Shown here piece after piece: positions 1-12,311 of a stretch of DNA of 20,000 nucleotides (position 1 is its first letter; every line of letters begins with the position of its first letter). The notes below the pieces were generated by a model. That model was given only the letters and a program-made list of their open reading frames with translations. It was not told the DNA's origin and searched no databases. A program made the translations under genes and the position numbers. Where the stretch lies: positions 54,077 to 74,076 of the forward strand of contig JBKHGE010000007.1 in NCBI GenBank assembly GCA_046539845.1. The letters run 5' to 3'. This DNA comes from Desulfonatronovibrionaceae bacterium (GTDB lineage Bacteria; Desulfobacterota; Desulfovibrionia; Desulfovibrionales; Desulfonatronovibrionaceae).

Positions 1-2
1 GG

Positions 3-467
<465 letters not shown>

Positions 468-492
468 ACAAATCTGGCTTAGGTATTTAACA

Positions 493-557
493 GGGATCAT
501 TCGGCAACAGGGTAGCAAATTCCAACTGACTGGATTGCCGGATGATCCTTTTGTTTT
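493..557 (+). terminator. Probable intrinsic terminator / long hairpin after ilvC
   Basis: gggatcattcggcaa (493-507) pairs with ttgccggatgatcct (535-549) using G-U pairs and is followed by a T-rich tract; the loop is unusually large (27 nt). Confidence 0.55.
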
Positions 558-637
558 AAGCTCCGGCCAGCGAAACGCAGCCAAGGACTCAAGCGGCCTG
601 ACCCCGAGTCAAAAATCCCTATAAACGGAATCAACCG

Positions 638-2389
638 GTGAGCAGCGAAGCAAAGAGCAGATATTCCCTTTTATTACGGGACAAGACCATAACCCGTGAG
701 GAGCTGGATGAGGCTTTGAACAGGGCCAAAAAGGAAAGTCTGGACCCGGACGAGGCCGTACTCAAGCTGCCCCAGGTGGACAAAGAGCTGCTGGGCAAAT
801 CCCTGGCAGATTATTTTGACACTGAATTTGTCCCCTTTGACAAAGGAACGGAGCCGCCTTTTGATATCTTTGAAAAGAGGCGCCTGGATCCGGAGTTTTT
901 GAAGCGCTACGGATGGGTTCCTTTTCAACAGAAGGGTCGCACAGTAGTTGTGCTTATGATCGATCCCTTTGATCTGGGCCGGCTGGACGAAATTAGGTTT
1001 ATCTTCGGCACCAGCAGTATAGAGACCAAAGTATCCACAGCCGAGGACATAGAAAATTATATAGAGCATTTCTATGCGCAGCTGAACACAGACGAGGATC
1101 TGGCCGCACTCGGCGACGAGTTAGATGTGGAAAGCGATTTTGACCAGGAGGCCTCCGCTGATGTCGCTGACGGGGAGATAACCGAACACGATAGCGAGGT
1201 GGTCCGCCTGGTGAACGCCCTTTTGGTGGAGGCCTGGCGTAAGAACGCTTCGGATATCCATATTGAGCCCAATGTCCAGGCCAAGTATTGCTCCATCCGT
1301 TTCCGCGTGGATGGCACCTGCCATGAATTCAGGAAAATAAGACTGGGAATGGCCAAGCCCTTGGTCTCCCGAATCAAGATAATGGCCCATCTGGATATTG
1401 CCGAAAGGCGCCTGCCTCAGGACGGGAAGATGAAGATCAAACTCCCGGAGAGGAACAAGGTGGTTGAATTCCGGGTGGCCACCCTGCCCACGGTAGAGAA
1501 TCAGGAAGATGTGGTCCTGCGTCTTTTATCTTCAGGCAAGCCCCTTCCTCTGGAAAAACTGGGGCTTACGGAAGACAACCTGGAAAATTTTAAGCACATG
1601 GTTCATCAGCCCTACGGGCTTATCCTGGTGGTCGGCCCCACGGGTTCGGGAAAGACAACTACTTTGCATTCCGCAGTCAGTTTCATAAATACCCAGGATC
1701 GTAAGATATGGACGGCAGAGGACCCGGTGGAAATCACCCAGAGCGGGCTCCGCCAGGTACAGATAAAGCCCAAGATCGGTCTGACCTTTGCCCATGCCCT
1801 GCGTTCCTTTCTGCGGGCTGATCCGGACGTGATAATGATCGGGGAGATGAGGGACCGGGAGACCGCCCATATCGGGATAGAGGCTTCACTGACCGGTCAT
1901 CTGGTCTTCTCCACCCTGCACACCAATACGGCCCCGGAGACCATTACTCGTCTTTTGGATATGGAGCTGGATCCCTTCAACTTTGCGGACTCGCTTTTAT
2001 GCGTCCTTGGTCAGCGGCTGATCAAGACCTTGTGCCCGGTGTGCAAGGAGGCATATACTCCGAAAAGGGATGAGGTGCAGGAATTATTATATGAGTTTGG
2101 CCCCGGATTTGTAGAATATTTGAAGCAGGCCGGGGGTAAGGACTTGAAACTTTACCGTCCGGTGGGTTGCAGGCAGTGTATGGGCGGGTACAAGGGCAGA
2201 ATCGGGATCCATGAGCTTATGCTGGCCTCGGACGGGATCAAAACCATGATCAAATTCCGCAAGCCGACCGAGGAAATCCGGGCCCAGGCGGTAAAGGACG
2301 GGATGTTCTCTCTGAAGCAGGATGGTATATTAAAAGTACTCCAGGGCATAACCGACATGAAGCAGGTGCGCATGGCCTCCGGGGCGTGA
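638..2389 (+). CDS. GspE/PulE/PilB-family secretion or type IV pilus assembly ATPase
   Basis: ASDIHIEP, RFRVDG, LDIAERRLPQDG, Walker A GPTGSGKT, EDPVE, LRADPDVIMIGE (Walker B), TGHLVFSTLHTN (His box) and Zn-binding CPVC...CRQC. GTG start is uncertain (weak RBS); an in-frame stop at 599-601 limits upstream extension. Confidence 0.93.
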   Translation: MSSEAKSRYSLLLRDKTITREELDEALNRAKKESLDPDEAVLKLPQVDKELLGKSLADYFDTEFVPFDKGTEPPFDIFEKRRLDPEFLKRYGWVPFQQKGRTVVVLMIDPFDLGRLDEIRFIFGTSSIETKVSTAEDIENYIEHFYAQLNTDEDLAALGDELDVESDFDQEASADVADGEITEHDSEVVRLVNALLVEAWRKNASDIHIEPNVQAKYCSIRFRVDGTCHEFRKIRLGMAKPLVSRIKIMAHLDIAERRLPQDGKMKIKLPERNKVVEFRVATLPTVENQEDVVLRLLSSGKPLPLEKLGLTEDNLENFKHMVHQPYGLILVVGPTGSGKTTTLHSAVSFINTQDRKIWTAEDPVEITQSGLRQVQIKPKIGLTFAHALRSFLRADPDVIMIGEMRDRETAHIGIEASLTGHLVFSTLHTNTAPETITRLLDMELDPFNFADSLLCVLGQRLIKTLCPVCKEAYTPKRDEVQELLYEFGPGFVEYLKQAGGKDLKLYRPVGCRQCMGGYKGRIGIHELMLASDGIKTMIKFRKPTEEIRAQAVKDGMFSLKQDGILKVLQGITDMKQVRMASGA

Positions 2390-2417
2390 GCTAGGGACTG
2401 CCCTAGGGTATAAATGG

Positions 2418-2460
2418 ACCGAAAAAGACCCCTTTTCTAGGGGCCTTTTTCGGTTTTTTT
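2418..2460. terminator. Likely bidirectional intrinsic terminator between convergent ATPase and gap
   Basis: accgaaaaag-a-cccct / agggg-c-ctttttcggt stem followed by a T run; A-rich left arm gives a U-tract on the minus strand. An extra small palindrome ctaggg-actg-ccctag lies at 2391-2406. Confidence 0.8.
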
Positions 2461-2464
2461 GTCG

Positions 2465-3457
<993 letters not shown>

Positions 3458-3538
3458 AGCTCCTCCCTGGTTAGGGGTCTCCGGAGATGGATCCTCCGGG
3501 AATGAATATCCGCAAAGGCGGGGCCGAAAAAACGTTTA

Positions 3539-4555
<1,017 letters not shown>

Positions 4556-4607
4556 CTATATAGCCAAAATCGTTTGCGACTTCGATAGGCCCTGATCTTC
4601 TGCCTGA

Positions 4608-5372
4608 TTATGCGGATCTGTCTTTGAACATGACTTTGATCTTCCCCAGGGCCTCCTTATTGGTCAAATCGAATTTGAGCGGGGTAAGGGTCGTATAACC
4701 GGAAGTCAGCAGGTGTCTGTCTGTTCCGGCATGGACCCGGTGCATGGGTATATCCCCGCTCAGCCAGTAATACGGCCGGCCGCGGGGGTCGTTTCTCTGG
4801 TCGTATACGTCGTTGTAGACCGCGTCTGTCTGGGGGCAAACGCGGATCCCCAGCGAAGCCGCCGCTCCTCCGGAGGGGAAATTGATATTCAAGACGCAGC
4901 GACCGGGCAGGGTCTCCCGGTCCAGATCGGGAATCAAACCGGCTGTCCACTGCGCTTCCGCGGACATGTCCCGCGGCGTGAACTCGTCTAGGGAGACCGC
5001 TAGGGCAGGGATGCCTGCCAGGGCACCTTCGGTGGCTGCAGACACGGTCCCGGAATACAGGATATCCACTCCCACGTTGGCCCCGTTGTTGATTCCGGAT
5101 ATAATCAGATCCGGCTTGCTTTGCAGGTGATGGCTTAGGGCCCATTTGACGCAGTCCACAGGCGTTCCGGAGAGGCCGATCCCGGAGAAGCCGTCTTCGC
5201 GTATTTCCCGGACCCGGACCGGAGAAAAAATGGTCACTGAATGGCCCACTGCGCTCTGTTCAGTGAGAGGAGCGACCACATATACCCTGTATCCGGCCGT
5301 GAGCAGGGCCCGGTGCAGGCCCCGCAGTCCGGGGGCATGTATCCCATCGTCATTGGTTAGAAGGATGTCCAT
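4608..5372 (-). CDS. surE: 5'/3'-nucleotidase SurE
   Basis: ILLTNDDGIHAPG, GTPVDCV, SGINNGANVG...YSGTVSAA, DPRGRPYYWL; start overlaps the upstream gamma subunit gene by 16 nt. Confidence 0.96.
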   Translation of the reverse strand: MDILLTNDDGIHAPGLRGLHRALLTAGYRVYVVAPLTEQSAVGHSVTIFSPVRVREIREDGFSGIGLSGTPVDCVKWALSHHLQSKPDLIISGINNGANVGVDILYSGTVSAATEGALAGIPALAVSLDEFTPRDMSAEAQWTAGLIPDLDRETLPGRCVLNINFPSGGAAASLGIRVCPQTDAVYNDVYDQRNDPRGRPYYWLSGDIPMHRVHAGTDRHLLTSGYTTLTPLKFDLTNKEALGKIKVMFKDRSA

Positions 5373-5938
5373 GATTGCCCAGCATTCGGGTATTGTTTTT
5401 TGGCTTGGTTCAAACCCAGATTAAATGCTTTTTCGTTTATTTTCAATATCTTCTCCGGAAGGGTAGCCTTAAGGCTCCTTTTGACTGCAGCGGCCTGCAT
5501 AAAGGGCAGAAAATGGGTCAATGCGCCCAGGGTGACAATGTTCGTGGTCTGAACGAGCCCGATTTTGTCCCTGGCCAGTTCGGTAAAGGGGAGTCCCCAA
5601 TAGCTGTTGGTCGGGGTCTGAGAAACCAGGGAGGTGTCTACGACCAGCTTGCCCTCGCTTTTCAGGTTCCGGAAATATTGATTGCAGGCCTCCTGGCTCA
5701 AAGCGACCAGGATATCCAGATTGATGGTCTTGGGATAGCTTATCCTGGACCCGCTTATGACCAGATCGGAGCGGCTGGCTCCGCCACGGGCTTCCGGGCC
5801 GTAGCTCTGGGTCTGGGTCACGTTCAGGCCGTGTTCAATGGCCAGGGCCTGGCCCATGATCTTGCCCAGGGTGAGTATTCCCTGCCCCCCCAATCCGGAA
5901 AGACGGATTTCGAAGCGCTTAATTTCCTGCTTTTTCAT
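5357..5938 (-). CDS. 2-oxoacid:ferredoxin oxidoreductase gamma subunit (KorC-like)
   Basis: IRLSGLGGQG and QTQSYGPEARGGASRSDLVIS motifs; start overlaps the beta subunit stop (ATGA). Confidence 0.93.
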   Translation of the reverse strand: MKKQEIKRFEIRLSGLGGQGILTLGKIMGQALAIEHGLNVTQTQSYGPEARGGASRSDLVISGSRISYPKTINLDILVALSQEACNQYFRNLKSEGKLVVDTSLVSQTPTNSYWGLPFTELARDKIGLVQTTNIVTLGALTHFLPFMQAAAVKRSLKATLPEKILKINEKAFNLGLNQAKKQYPNAGQSWTSF

Positions 5939-6771
5939 CCCTTGCCTCCCCCGGCCAGGCTTTGGCGGAGCTCTTCGTAACGCTCCTCCAATCCGGGCTG
6001 GTTGTTGTCCGAAAACACGCCGATCGGGAAGTACCCTTTGCGCTTGTCTTCGGGGAGTTCCAGGTATTTATCATAATTCAGGGCTGTATTTTTGTACCAT
6101 TTGTACATGTCCACTATGGTCTTGAACCCGTTTTTCCGGCCGTACTGCGTATGACAGGGGGTCATAACCTCTACCAGATTAAAGCCGCGCTGGTCTATGG
6201 CAGTCATAAGCAGTTTGTCCATCTGTTTGGCGTGCATGACTGTGGTCCTGGCTACGAAATTGGCCTTGCAGGCCTCGGTCAGCTTGACCAGATCGAAATC
6301 ATGCTCCATATGCCCGAACGGAGCAGTGGAGGAGAACGAGTCCCGGGGAGTGGTGCATGAACTCTGCCCCCCGGTCATGCCGTAGATCCCGTTGTTCAGG
6401 ATAAGAGCGGTTACCCCGATGTTCCTCCTGGCCGCATGGATGAGGTGGTTCCCGCCTATGGACATGGCGTCTCCGTCGCCCATGACCGCAATCACCTTCA
6501 GCTTGGGGTTGGCCAGCTTTATTCCGGTGGCAAAGGAAAGGGCCCGGCCGTGGGTAGTATGCACTGTGTTGAAGTCCACATACACGGCCATGCGCCCGGA
6601 ACATCCGATTCCGGCCACCAGGACCACATCGTCCTTTTTCAGCTCCAGGGCGTGAATGCTGCGGATGAGCGAGCCCAGAACGATCCCGTGTCCGCATCCC
6701 GGGCAGTAGACATGCGGAAATTTTTTGGAATGTCGCAGGTACTTGTGTATAAGCTTGGTTACTTCGGCCAT
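5935..6771 (-). CDS. korB: 2-oxoacid:ferredoxin oxidoreductase beta subunit, TPP-binding (KorB-like)
   Basis: CPGCGHG, GIGCSGR, HTTHGRA, TPP motif GDGD...NNGIYGMTGGQ. Substrate specificity cannot be determined from sequence alone. Confidence 0.92.
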   Translation of the reverse strand: MAEVTKLIHKYLRHSKKFPHVYCPGCGHGIVLGSLIRSIHALELKKDDVVLVAGIGCSGRMAVYVDFNTVHTTHGRALSFATGIKLANPKLKVIAVMGDGDAMSIGGNHLIHAARRNIGVTALILNNGIYGMTGGQSSCTTPRDSFSSTAPFGHMEHDFDLVKLTEACKANFVARTTVMHAKQMDKLLMTAIDQRGFNLVEVMTPCHTQYGRKNGFKTIVDMYKWYKNTALNYDKYLELPEDKRKGYFPIGVFSDNNQPGLEERYEELRQSLAGGGKG

Positions 6772-6775
6772 GGCC

Positions 6776-7936
6776 TTATCCTTTTTGTATCAGCTTGAGT
6801 ATTTCCGCCGGAGCAATGGTCTTGCCGTCCACCCGGTTCAGGGTCCTGACCGTGGTTATGCCCTGGTTCACCCTTTTTATTTCTCTGGAGATCTGGCCCA
6901 TATTCATTTCCGGGACCACCAGGGCCTTGCATTGCCGGGCCATTTTTTCCACCGCTGGTCGGGGAAAGGGGAAAAGGGTTCCCAGTTTGAGCAGGCCGGC
7001 CCGTATTCCGCTTTCCCGGGCTTGATGCACTGCTAGTTCTGCGGCCCGGGCCACGCACCCGAAGGCCACAACACAGATTTCAGCGTCTTCGGTATCCACT
7101 TCTTCGGTCAGCTGGATGTCGTAGAAGTACTGATCTATCTTCCGGAAAATCCTTTCCATAAAGTCTTTCACTTCCTTGGGCCGGGAAGTGGGATAACCGT
7201 GGTCGTCATGGGTCAGGCCGGTTACATGATAGCGGTATCCATACCCCAAGGGAGGCATGGTCGGAACTCCGCGCATGGTCTCCTCATAGGGTATATACCA
7301 TTCCGGGGGCATGGTTGGCACGACCCGAGAAAACACGGTTGTTTCCGAGGCGTCGGGAACGGTTATTTTTTCCCGGGTATGGGCCGTGACCTCATCTAAG
7401 AGCAGAATAACCGGGGTGCGGTATTTCTCGGCGAAATTAAATGCGGTTACGGTCATGGCCAGACATTCCTGCACGTCTGAGGCGGAGAGAACAATGATCG
7501 GATGATCCCCGTGTGTTCCCCATCTGGCCTGCTGCACATCCCCCTGGGCCGGACTGGTGGGCAGGCCGGTGCTTGGTCCGCCGCGCATGACGTTGACCAG
7601 TACCAGCGGGATCTCGGCCATGCAGGCGTATCCAATATGTTCCTGCATCAGGGAGAATCCGGGGCCGGAGGTGGCGGTCATGGCCTTGCGGCCAGCCAGG
7701 GAGGCCCCGATTACCGCGCCCATCCCGGCAATTTCGTCCTCCATTTGGATAAACACTCCGTTTTCAGTCCGCGGCAACCTTGCGGACATACCTTCAGCTA
7801 TCTCGGTGGAAGGTGTTATGGGATAACCGGCAAAAAAAGTGCATCCGGCGATAAGCGCTCCTTCGACCACCGCCTCGTTGCCTTGGGCAAAAATTTGGGT
7901 CTTTTTTTCTTTTCTTTCGCGTGCGGTCATGATCAT
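6776..7936 (-). CDS. korA: 2-oxoacid:ferredoxin oxidoreductase alpha subunit (KorA-like)
   Basis: GNEAVVEGA, FAGYPITPSTEIAE, QMEDE, TATSGPGFSLMQE, RGGPSTGLPT, EMNMGQ; start may be 7930. Confidence 0.92.
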   Translation of the reverse strand: MIMTARERKEKKTQIFAQGNEAVVEGALIAGCTFFAGYPITPSTEIAEGMSARLPRTENGVFIQMEDEIAGMGAVIGASLAGRKAMTATSGPGFSLMQEHIGYACMAEIPLVLVNVMRGGPSTGLPTSPAQGDVQQARWGTHGDHPIIVLSASDVQECLAMTVTAFNFAEKYRTPVILLLDEVTAHTREKITVPDASETTVFSRVVPTMPPEWYIPYEETMRGVPTMPPLGYGYRYHVTGLTHDDHGYPTSRPKEVKDFMERIFRKIDQYFYDIQLTEEVDTEDAEICVVAFGCVARAAELAVHQARESGIRAGLLKLGTLFPFPRPAVEKMARQCKALVVPEMNMGQISREIKRVNQGITTVRTLNRVDGKTIAPAEILKLIQKG

Positions 7937-7942
7937 GCCTTT

Positions 7943-8227
7943 TTAATTCTCGTTTGGCTGGTTGTCCTGGATATTGTTCCCGGATCCGTGTCCGTTATAG
8001 GCCTCGTAAGGGGTGATTTCCTCCCTGGGGCGTACGGAGATGGCAAAGTCCGGGCAGTGCAGCTCACAGAATCCGCAGTTGGTACATTCCCCGGGACGGA
8101 CCACTTTCACCTTGCCTTGGCTGTTGAGCTCCAGGACCCGGGCCGGACAAAAGGCTACACATATACCGCATCCCTTGCACCAGTCCTTGTACACAGTAAC
8201 CTGGGTTTGACCCTTTTTTTTGCTCAT
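7943..8227 (-). CDS. 2x[4Fe-4S] ferredoxin, delta subunit of the oxidoreductase (KorD-like)
   Basis: CKGCGICVAFCP and CTNCGFCELHCP cluster motifs; first gene of the run. Confidence 0.93.
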   Translation of the reverse strand: MSKKKGQTQVTVYKDWCKGCGICVAFCPARVLELNSQGKVKVVRPGECTNCGFCELHCPDFAISVRPREEITPYEAYNGHGSGNNIQDNQPNEN

Positions 8228-8433
8228 ATCTTACTCATATTTTTGACAAAGTTAGCATAGAATAATAAAAGCTTGCCATGATATTTACGCTGAAGTAGTT
8301 TTTTTGCGTTTCAATATCTGCACTCAGGGTGTTTTGTCCCAGCAAAACACCTGCCGACCACCCCCTTTGCGCCGCATGGCGATAGTGTTGGCTAATTCGG
8401 GCCCTTAACGCATGCATACGGGATTGGCAACAG

Positions 8434-9462
8434 ATGAGAGTCAAAAAAAAGTATATAAGTGAACTTTGCGAAGGTCAGAAACTGGAAGATCTATTTACCC
8501 TGGGCAGGGCCAGAAGGGCCCAGGCCAGAAATGGACCTTATTGGCAGCTGGTTCTGGTGGACAGGACAGGGGAGATGAATGCCCGGATATGGAGCCCGGC
8601 CAGTCAGAACTACGCCGTGCTTAAGGAAGAGAGTATTGTTTTTGTCCGCGGGGTGGTCCAGGCCTTTGGCCAGGAATTGCAGCTGAATATTGAGCATCTG
8701 GAGACCGTGGATCCGGCCGAGGCGGATTGGAAGGAATTTTTGCCGGTCTCCGACCCTCCCCCGGAAGAGCTGTTTGCTCAGCTTTGCGATTTTCTGCATC
8801 ACAATCTGCAGTACAAGCCCTGGAGAAATTTATACCGCCGAATCTTCCGGGACGAGGAGATAAAACAGGCCATGCTCAACGCCCCGGGCGGGAAGAGTAT
8901 CCATCACGCCTATATGGGCGGTCTTCTGGAGCACACCCTGGCAGTTTGCAGGATCTGCAAACAGTGCGCCGGGATATATCCGGAGCTGGATTCGGATATC
9001 CTTCTTTTGGCCGCTGCCGTGCACGACCTGGGCAAGGCCTATGAGATAACCCCGGGGCTAAGCCGGACCTATACCGACGCGGGGCAGCTGCTCGGGCATA
9101 TAATCCTTGGACTGCAGGTTTTGGAACCGTATCTGGAAAAGAGCAGGGACCTGGATCCGGAACTCATTTTGCATCTCCGGCATATAATCGTCAGTCATCA
9201 CGGTGAATTTGAATACGGATCACCGAAGCGGCCCAAAACCAGAGAGGCGTTTGTCCTGCATTATGCGGATAATATGGACGCCAAGCTGAACACTCTGCGC
9301 GGCTCATACGCGGATCTGGATTCAAAGGAGGGCGAAAGATGGACCGGTTTCAACCGCCCCCTGGGCAGGTATCTGTATCACCCGGTCCCCTCTCCGAGCC
9401 CGGAGAAAAAACAAGCCAAAAAGAAAAAGGACGGGCCATGTTTATTACCTTTGAAGGAGTAG
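8434..9462 (+). CDS. YhaM/Cbf1-like 3'-5' exoribonuclease (OB-fold + HD domain)
   Basis: N-terminal OB-like segment ([15 protein letters not shown]), then [41 protein letters not shown] and HYADNMDAK. Confidence 0.88.
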   Translation: MRVKKKYISELCEGQKLEDLFTLGRARRAQARNGPYWQLVLVDRTGEMNARIWSPASQNYAVLKEESIVFVRGVVQAFGQELQLNIEHLETVDPAEADWKEFLPVSDPPPEELFAQLCDFLHHNLQYKPWRNLYRRIFRDEEIKQAMLNAPGGKSIHHAYMGGLLEHTLAVCRICKQCAGIYPELDSDILLLAAAVHDLGKAYEITPGLSRTYTDAGQLLGHIILGLQVLEPYLEKSRDLDPELILHLRHIIVSHHGEFEYGSPKRPKTREAFVLHYADNMDAKLNTLRGSYADLDSKEGERWTGFNRPLGRYLYHPVPSPSPEKKQAKKKKDGPCLLPLKE

Positions 9463-10082
9463 AGGGCTGCGGCAAGTCCACCCAGGTGGGCCTTCTCCGG
9501 GAAAGGCTGGAGAAGAGTGGACAGGAGGTGGTCACCACCCGGGAACCCGGTGGGAGCCGTCTGGGCAGCAATTTACGCCGCATCCTCCTTTCTGTGGACA
9601 GCAGCGACCTGACCAGGGAGGCGGAACTGTTTTTATATATGGCTGATCGGGCCCAACACGTGCATCAAGTCATTGCCCCTGCTTTGGATAAAGGCAAAAC
9701 AGTAATTTCCGACCGCTATGCGGATTCTACTGTGGTCTACCAGGGCTACGGCCGGGGGTTGGATCCCAGTATACTGCACAGTTTCAATGATGTGGCAGTG
9801 CGTGAACTCTGGCCCGGGCTCACTTTTTTATTGGATTTGAATCCGGAGATGGGCCTTAAACGGGCCTGGGCCAGAAATATAAAGGACAATCTGGCTCGCG
9901 AGGAAGGCCGGTTTGAGGCCGAGGAATTGTCCTTCCACAACCGGGTCCGGGAAGGGTATTTGACTTGGGCCAGCCTGAATCGGGACCGTTTTCGAGTTAT
10001 TGATGCCTCCGGGGATATTCAAGAGATATCCGACCGGATTTGGCAGGAGATGAGCCGTGTGCTTAAGCGGGGTGAGAAATGA
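9438..10082 (+). CDS. tmk: Thymidylate kinase
   Basis: True start at ATG 9438 ([17 protein letters not shown]-loop); [36 protein letters not shown]; overlaps the upstream gene by 25 nt. Confidence 0.97.
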   Translation: MFITFEGVEGCGKSTQVGLLRERLEKSGQEVVTTREPGGSRLGSNLRRILLSVDSSDLTREAELFLYMADRAQHVHQVIAPALDKGKTVISDRYADSTVVYQGYGRGLDPSILHSFNDVAVRELWPGLTFLLDLNPEMGLKRAWARNIKDNLAREEGRFEAEELSFHNRVREGYLTWASLNRDRFRVIDASGDIQEISDRIWQEMSRVLKRGEK

Positions 10083-11254
10083 TTGATCCGGTGCGCAGGA
10101 GAGACGATTTTTTAGTTTTCGGCGCGCCCCATATTGAAGAGGATGAGGTGGCCGAGGTGGTGGACAGTCTGAGAGCGGGCTGGATAGGCACCGGACCTAA
10201 AGTGGCCCGTTTTGAAGAGAATTTTTGCCGCTATAAGGGGTCGGATTATGCGGTGGCGGTTAATTCCTGCACCGCCGCCCTGCACCTGAGCTTGATAGTG
10301 GCCGGTATAGGTCCCGGGGATGAAGTGATTACCACTCCGCTTACTTTCTGTTCCACTGTCAATTCCATTATCCATTCCGGGGCCACTCCGGTTTTGGCGG
10401 ATGTGGATCCCCAGACTATGAATATAGACCCGGCGGAAGTGGAAAAAAAGATAACTGCGCGGACCAAGGCGGTGCTGCCGGTCCATTTTGCCGGCCGGCC
10501 CTGCGCGATGGATAGGATCATGGATCTGGCCGGGAATAAGTCTTTACAGGTAATCGAGGACTGCGCCCACGCGATTGAGTCTGCGTACCAGGGCACTCAA
10601 TGCGGACTTTTCGGGGACCTGTCCTGCTTTAGCTTTTATGTGACCAAAAACCTGGTGACCGGAGAGGGGGGGATGATCCTCACCCCGAACAACGACTATG
10701 CGGCCCGGCTTAAGGTGTTGGCCCTGCACGGAATGAGCAGCGACGCTTGGCGCAGGTTCTCTGATTCCGGTTACCGACATTATATGGTTACTGAATGCGG
10801 GTTCAAGTACAATATGACCGATATGCAGGCCGCCCTCGGACTGCACCAGCTGGAGAAACTAGAGAATAACTGGAAACGGCGCCGAAAAATCTGGGATTTC
10901 TACAATACCCGTCTTAGTGAACTGCCGATCGGCCTTCCGCCTGCATGGGGAGAAGAGGAAAGACATGCCCTGCATCTGTATACTGTTTTGATCGATCCGC
11001 AAAAGACCGGGATCACCAGGGATGATTTTTTACAGAAGATGCATGAACAGGGCATAGGGACCGGGGTCCACTACCTGAGTATCCCGGAGCACAAATACTA
11101 TCAGGACCGGTTCGGCTGGCGTCCGGAAGACTGGCCGGCGGCAGCCCACATTGGCCGGCAGACGGTAAGTCTTCCTATGTCCTCCCGGCTCACGGACCGG
11201 GATGCCGAGGATGTGGTCAGGGCGGTGCGCATTGTCCTGGGGGATGGGGGATGA
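10079..11254 (+). CDS. DegT/DnrJ/EryC1/StrS-family PLP-dependent sugar aminotransferase
   Basis: [35 protein letters not shown] (PLP lysine), [18 protein letters not shown] overlap with tmk. Confidence 0.93.
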   Translation: MIDPVRRRDDFLVFGAPHIEEDEVAEVVDSLRAGWIGTGPKVARFEENFCRYKGSDYAVAVNSCTAALHLSLIVAGIGPGDEVITTPLTFCSTVNSIIHSGATPVLADVDPQTMNIDPAEVEKKITARTKAVLPVHFAGRPCAMDRIMDLAGNKSLQVIEDCAHAIESAYQGTQCGLFGDLSCFSFYVTKNLVTGEGGMILTPNNDYAARLKVLALHGMSSDAWRRFSDSGYRHYMVTECGFKYNMTDMQAALGLHQLEKLENNWKRRRKIWDFYNTRLSELPIGLPPAWGEEERHALHLYTVLIDPQKTGITRDDFLQKMHEQGIGTGVHYLSIPEHKYYQDRFGWRPEDWPAAAHIGRQTVSLPMSSRLTDRDAEDVVRAVRIVLGDGG

Positions 11255-12015
11255 ATATTGCGGCCACCGGAGTAGTCCTGACCCTGAACGGGGAAAAATG
11301 GCTGGAGGATTGCCTGAAAAGCCTTGATTTCTGCTGCCACCTTTTGGTCGTGGATTCCGGGAGCGAGGATAAGACCGCGGATATAGCCCGCAGATGCGGG
11401 GCTGAGGTCCTGGTCAACCCCTGGCCGGGGCCTGCGGAGCAGTTCAGATTTGCCTTCGGGCAGGTGTCTACCGAGTGGGTGGTTTCTCTGGACCAGGACG
11501 AGATCCTCTCCGACAGGTTGAGACAAGAGATAATTACCTGGCTGTCTTCAGAGTCTGGTTCCGGTTTTTCTGGTTTTTTCTGTTCCCGTAAGTCGTATTA
11601 TTTTGACCGCTTTCTCAGATACTGTGGTTGGTATCCGGATTTTCTGCTGCGGGTGTTTCGTGTACAGGATACGGATATTCATACCTCTGGCCCACATTAC
11701 GGCTTCCATTCCCGGGGGGCAACCGCCAAACTGAAAGGGGATATAATCCATTATCCTTATTCGGATCTGCGTGAGCATGTGGCCAAGATGAACTATTATA
11801 GTCAGGTAGCGGCCGAGGAAATGCGGAACAAAGGCAAGAAATCCGGTCTTGTCCGGGCATTTTTGCACGCTATGGCCAGGTTTTTCAAAATCTATATCTT
11901 GAAACTGGGCCTTTTGGACGGCAGGGCCGGTTTTGTCTTGGCGGTTAATTCTTTTTTCTATACCTTTCAGAAATATATACGTTTAATGGAATTGAATGCC
12001 GGGCAAAAAAGGTGA
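11251..12015 (+). CDS. Family 2 glycosyltransferase (LPS/LOS beta-1,4-glucosyltransferase-like)
   Basis: VVDSGSEDKT, WVVSLDQDE (DxD), GWYPD..LRVF, KMNYYS, LKLGLLDGRAG; ATGA overlap with the aminotransferase. Confidence 0.88.
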   Translation: MNIAATGVVLTLNGEKWLEDCLKSLDFCCHLLVVDSGSEDKTADIARRCGAEVLVNPWPGPAEQFRFAFGQVSTEWVVSLDQDEILSDRLRQEIITWLSSESGSGFSGFFCSRKSYYFDRFLRYCGWYPDFLLRVFRVQDTDIHTSGPHYGFHSRGATAKLKGDIIHYPYSDLREHVAKMNYYSQVAAEEMRNKGKKSGLVRAFLHAMARFFKIYILKLGLLDGRAGFVLAVNSFFYTFQKYIRLMELNAGQKR

Positions 12016-12024
12016 TTTTTTTTG

Positions 12025-12053
12025 TTGACAAACCCGGGTGCTGTATATAAACA
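12025..12053 (+). promoter_or_regulatory. Putative sigma70 promoter for the tRNA pair
   Basis: Perfect TTGACA at 12025-12030 with an AT-rich -10 region (tatataaaca, 12044-12053) shortly upstream of tRNA-Val; exact -10 register is ambiguous. Confidence 0.6.
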
Positions 12054-12067
12054 GTGAACTCCGTTGC

Positions 12068-12143
12068 GGGCGGATAGCTCAGCTGGGAGAGCATCGGCCT
12101 TACAAGCCGGGGGTCACAGGTTCGAGCCCTGTTCCGCCCACCA
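12068..12143 (+). tRNA. tRNA-Val (anticodon TAC)
   Basis: 76 nt; acceptor GGGCGGA/TCCGCCC, D arm AGCTCAGCTGGGAGAGC, anticodon loop CT-TAC-AA, T loop TTCGAGC, encoded CCA. Confidence 0.98.
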
Positions 12144-12166
12144 CAGGACAAAAAAATCAATATTTC

Positions 12167-12243
<77 letters not shown>

Positions 12244-12250
12244 TTTTCTA

Positions 12251-12281
12251 AGGGCTGCAGCATTGCTGCGGCCCTTTTTTT
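12251..12281 (+). terminator. Intrinsic terminator of the tRNA operon
   Basis: agggctgcagc-att-gctgcggccct stem (one G-U pair) running into a T tract. Confidence 0.9.
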
Positions 12282-12311
12282 CTGTCCCGGCTTTAGCAGG
12301 GCGAGGCAAAG

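Noticed and set aside
9339..9437. N-terminal extensions given by the ORF track for tmk (also fba 4463-4498 and the TPR regulator 12539-12670)
   Set aside because: Downstream ATGs fit family N-termini and/or have clear RBSs.
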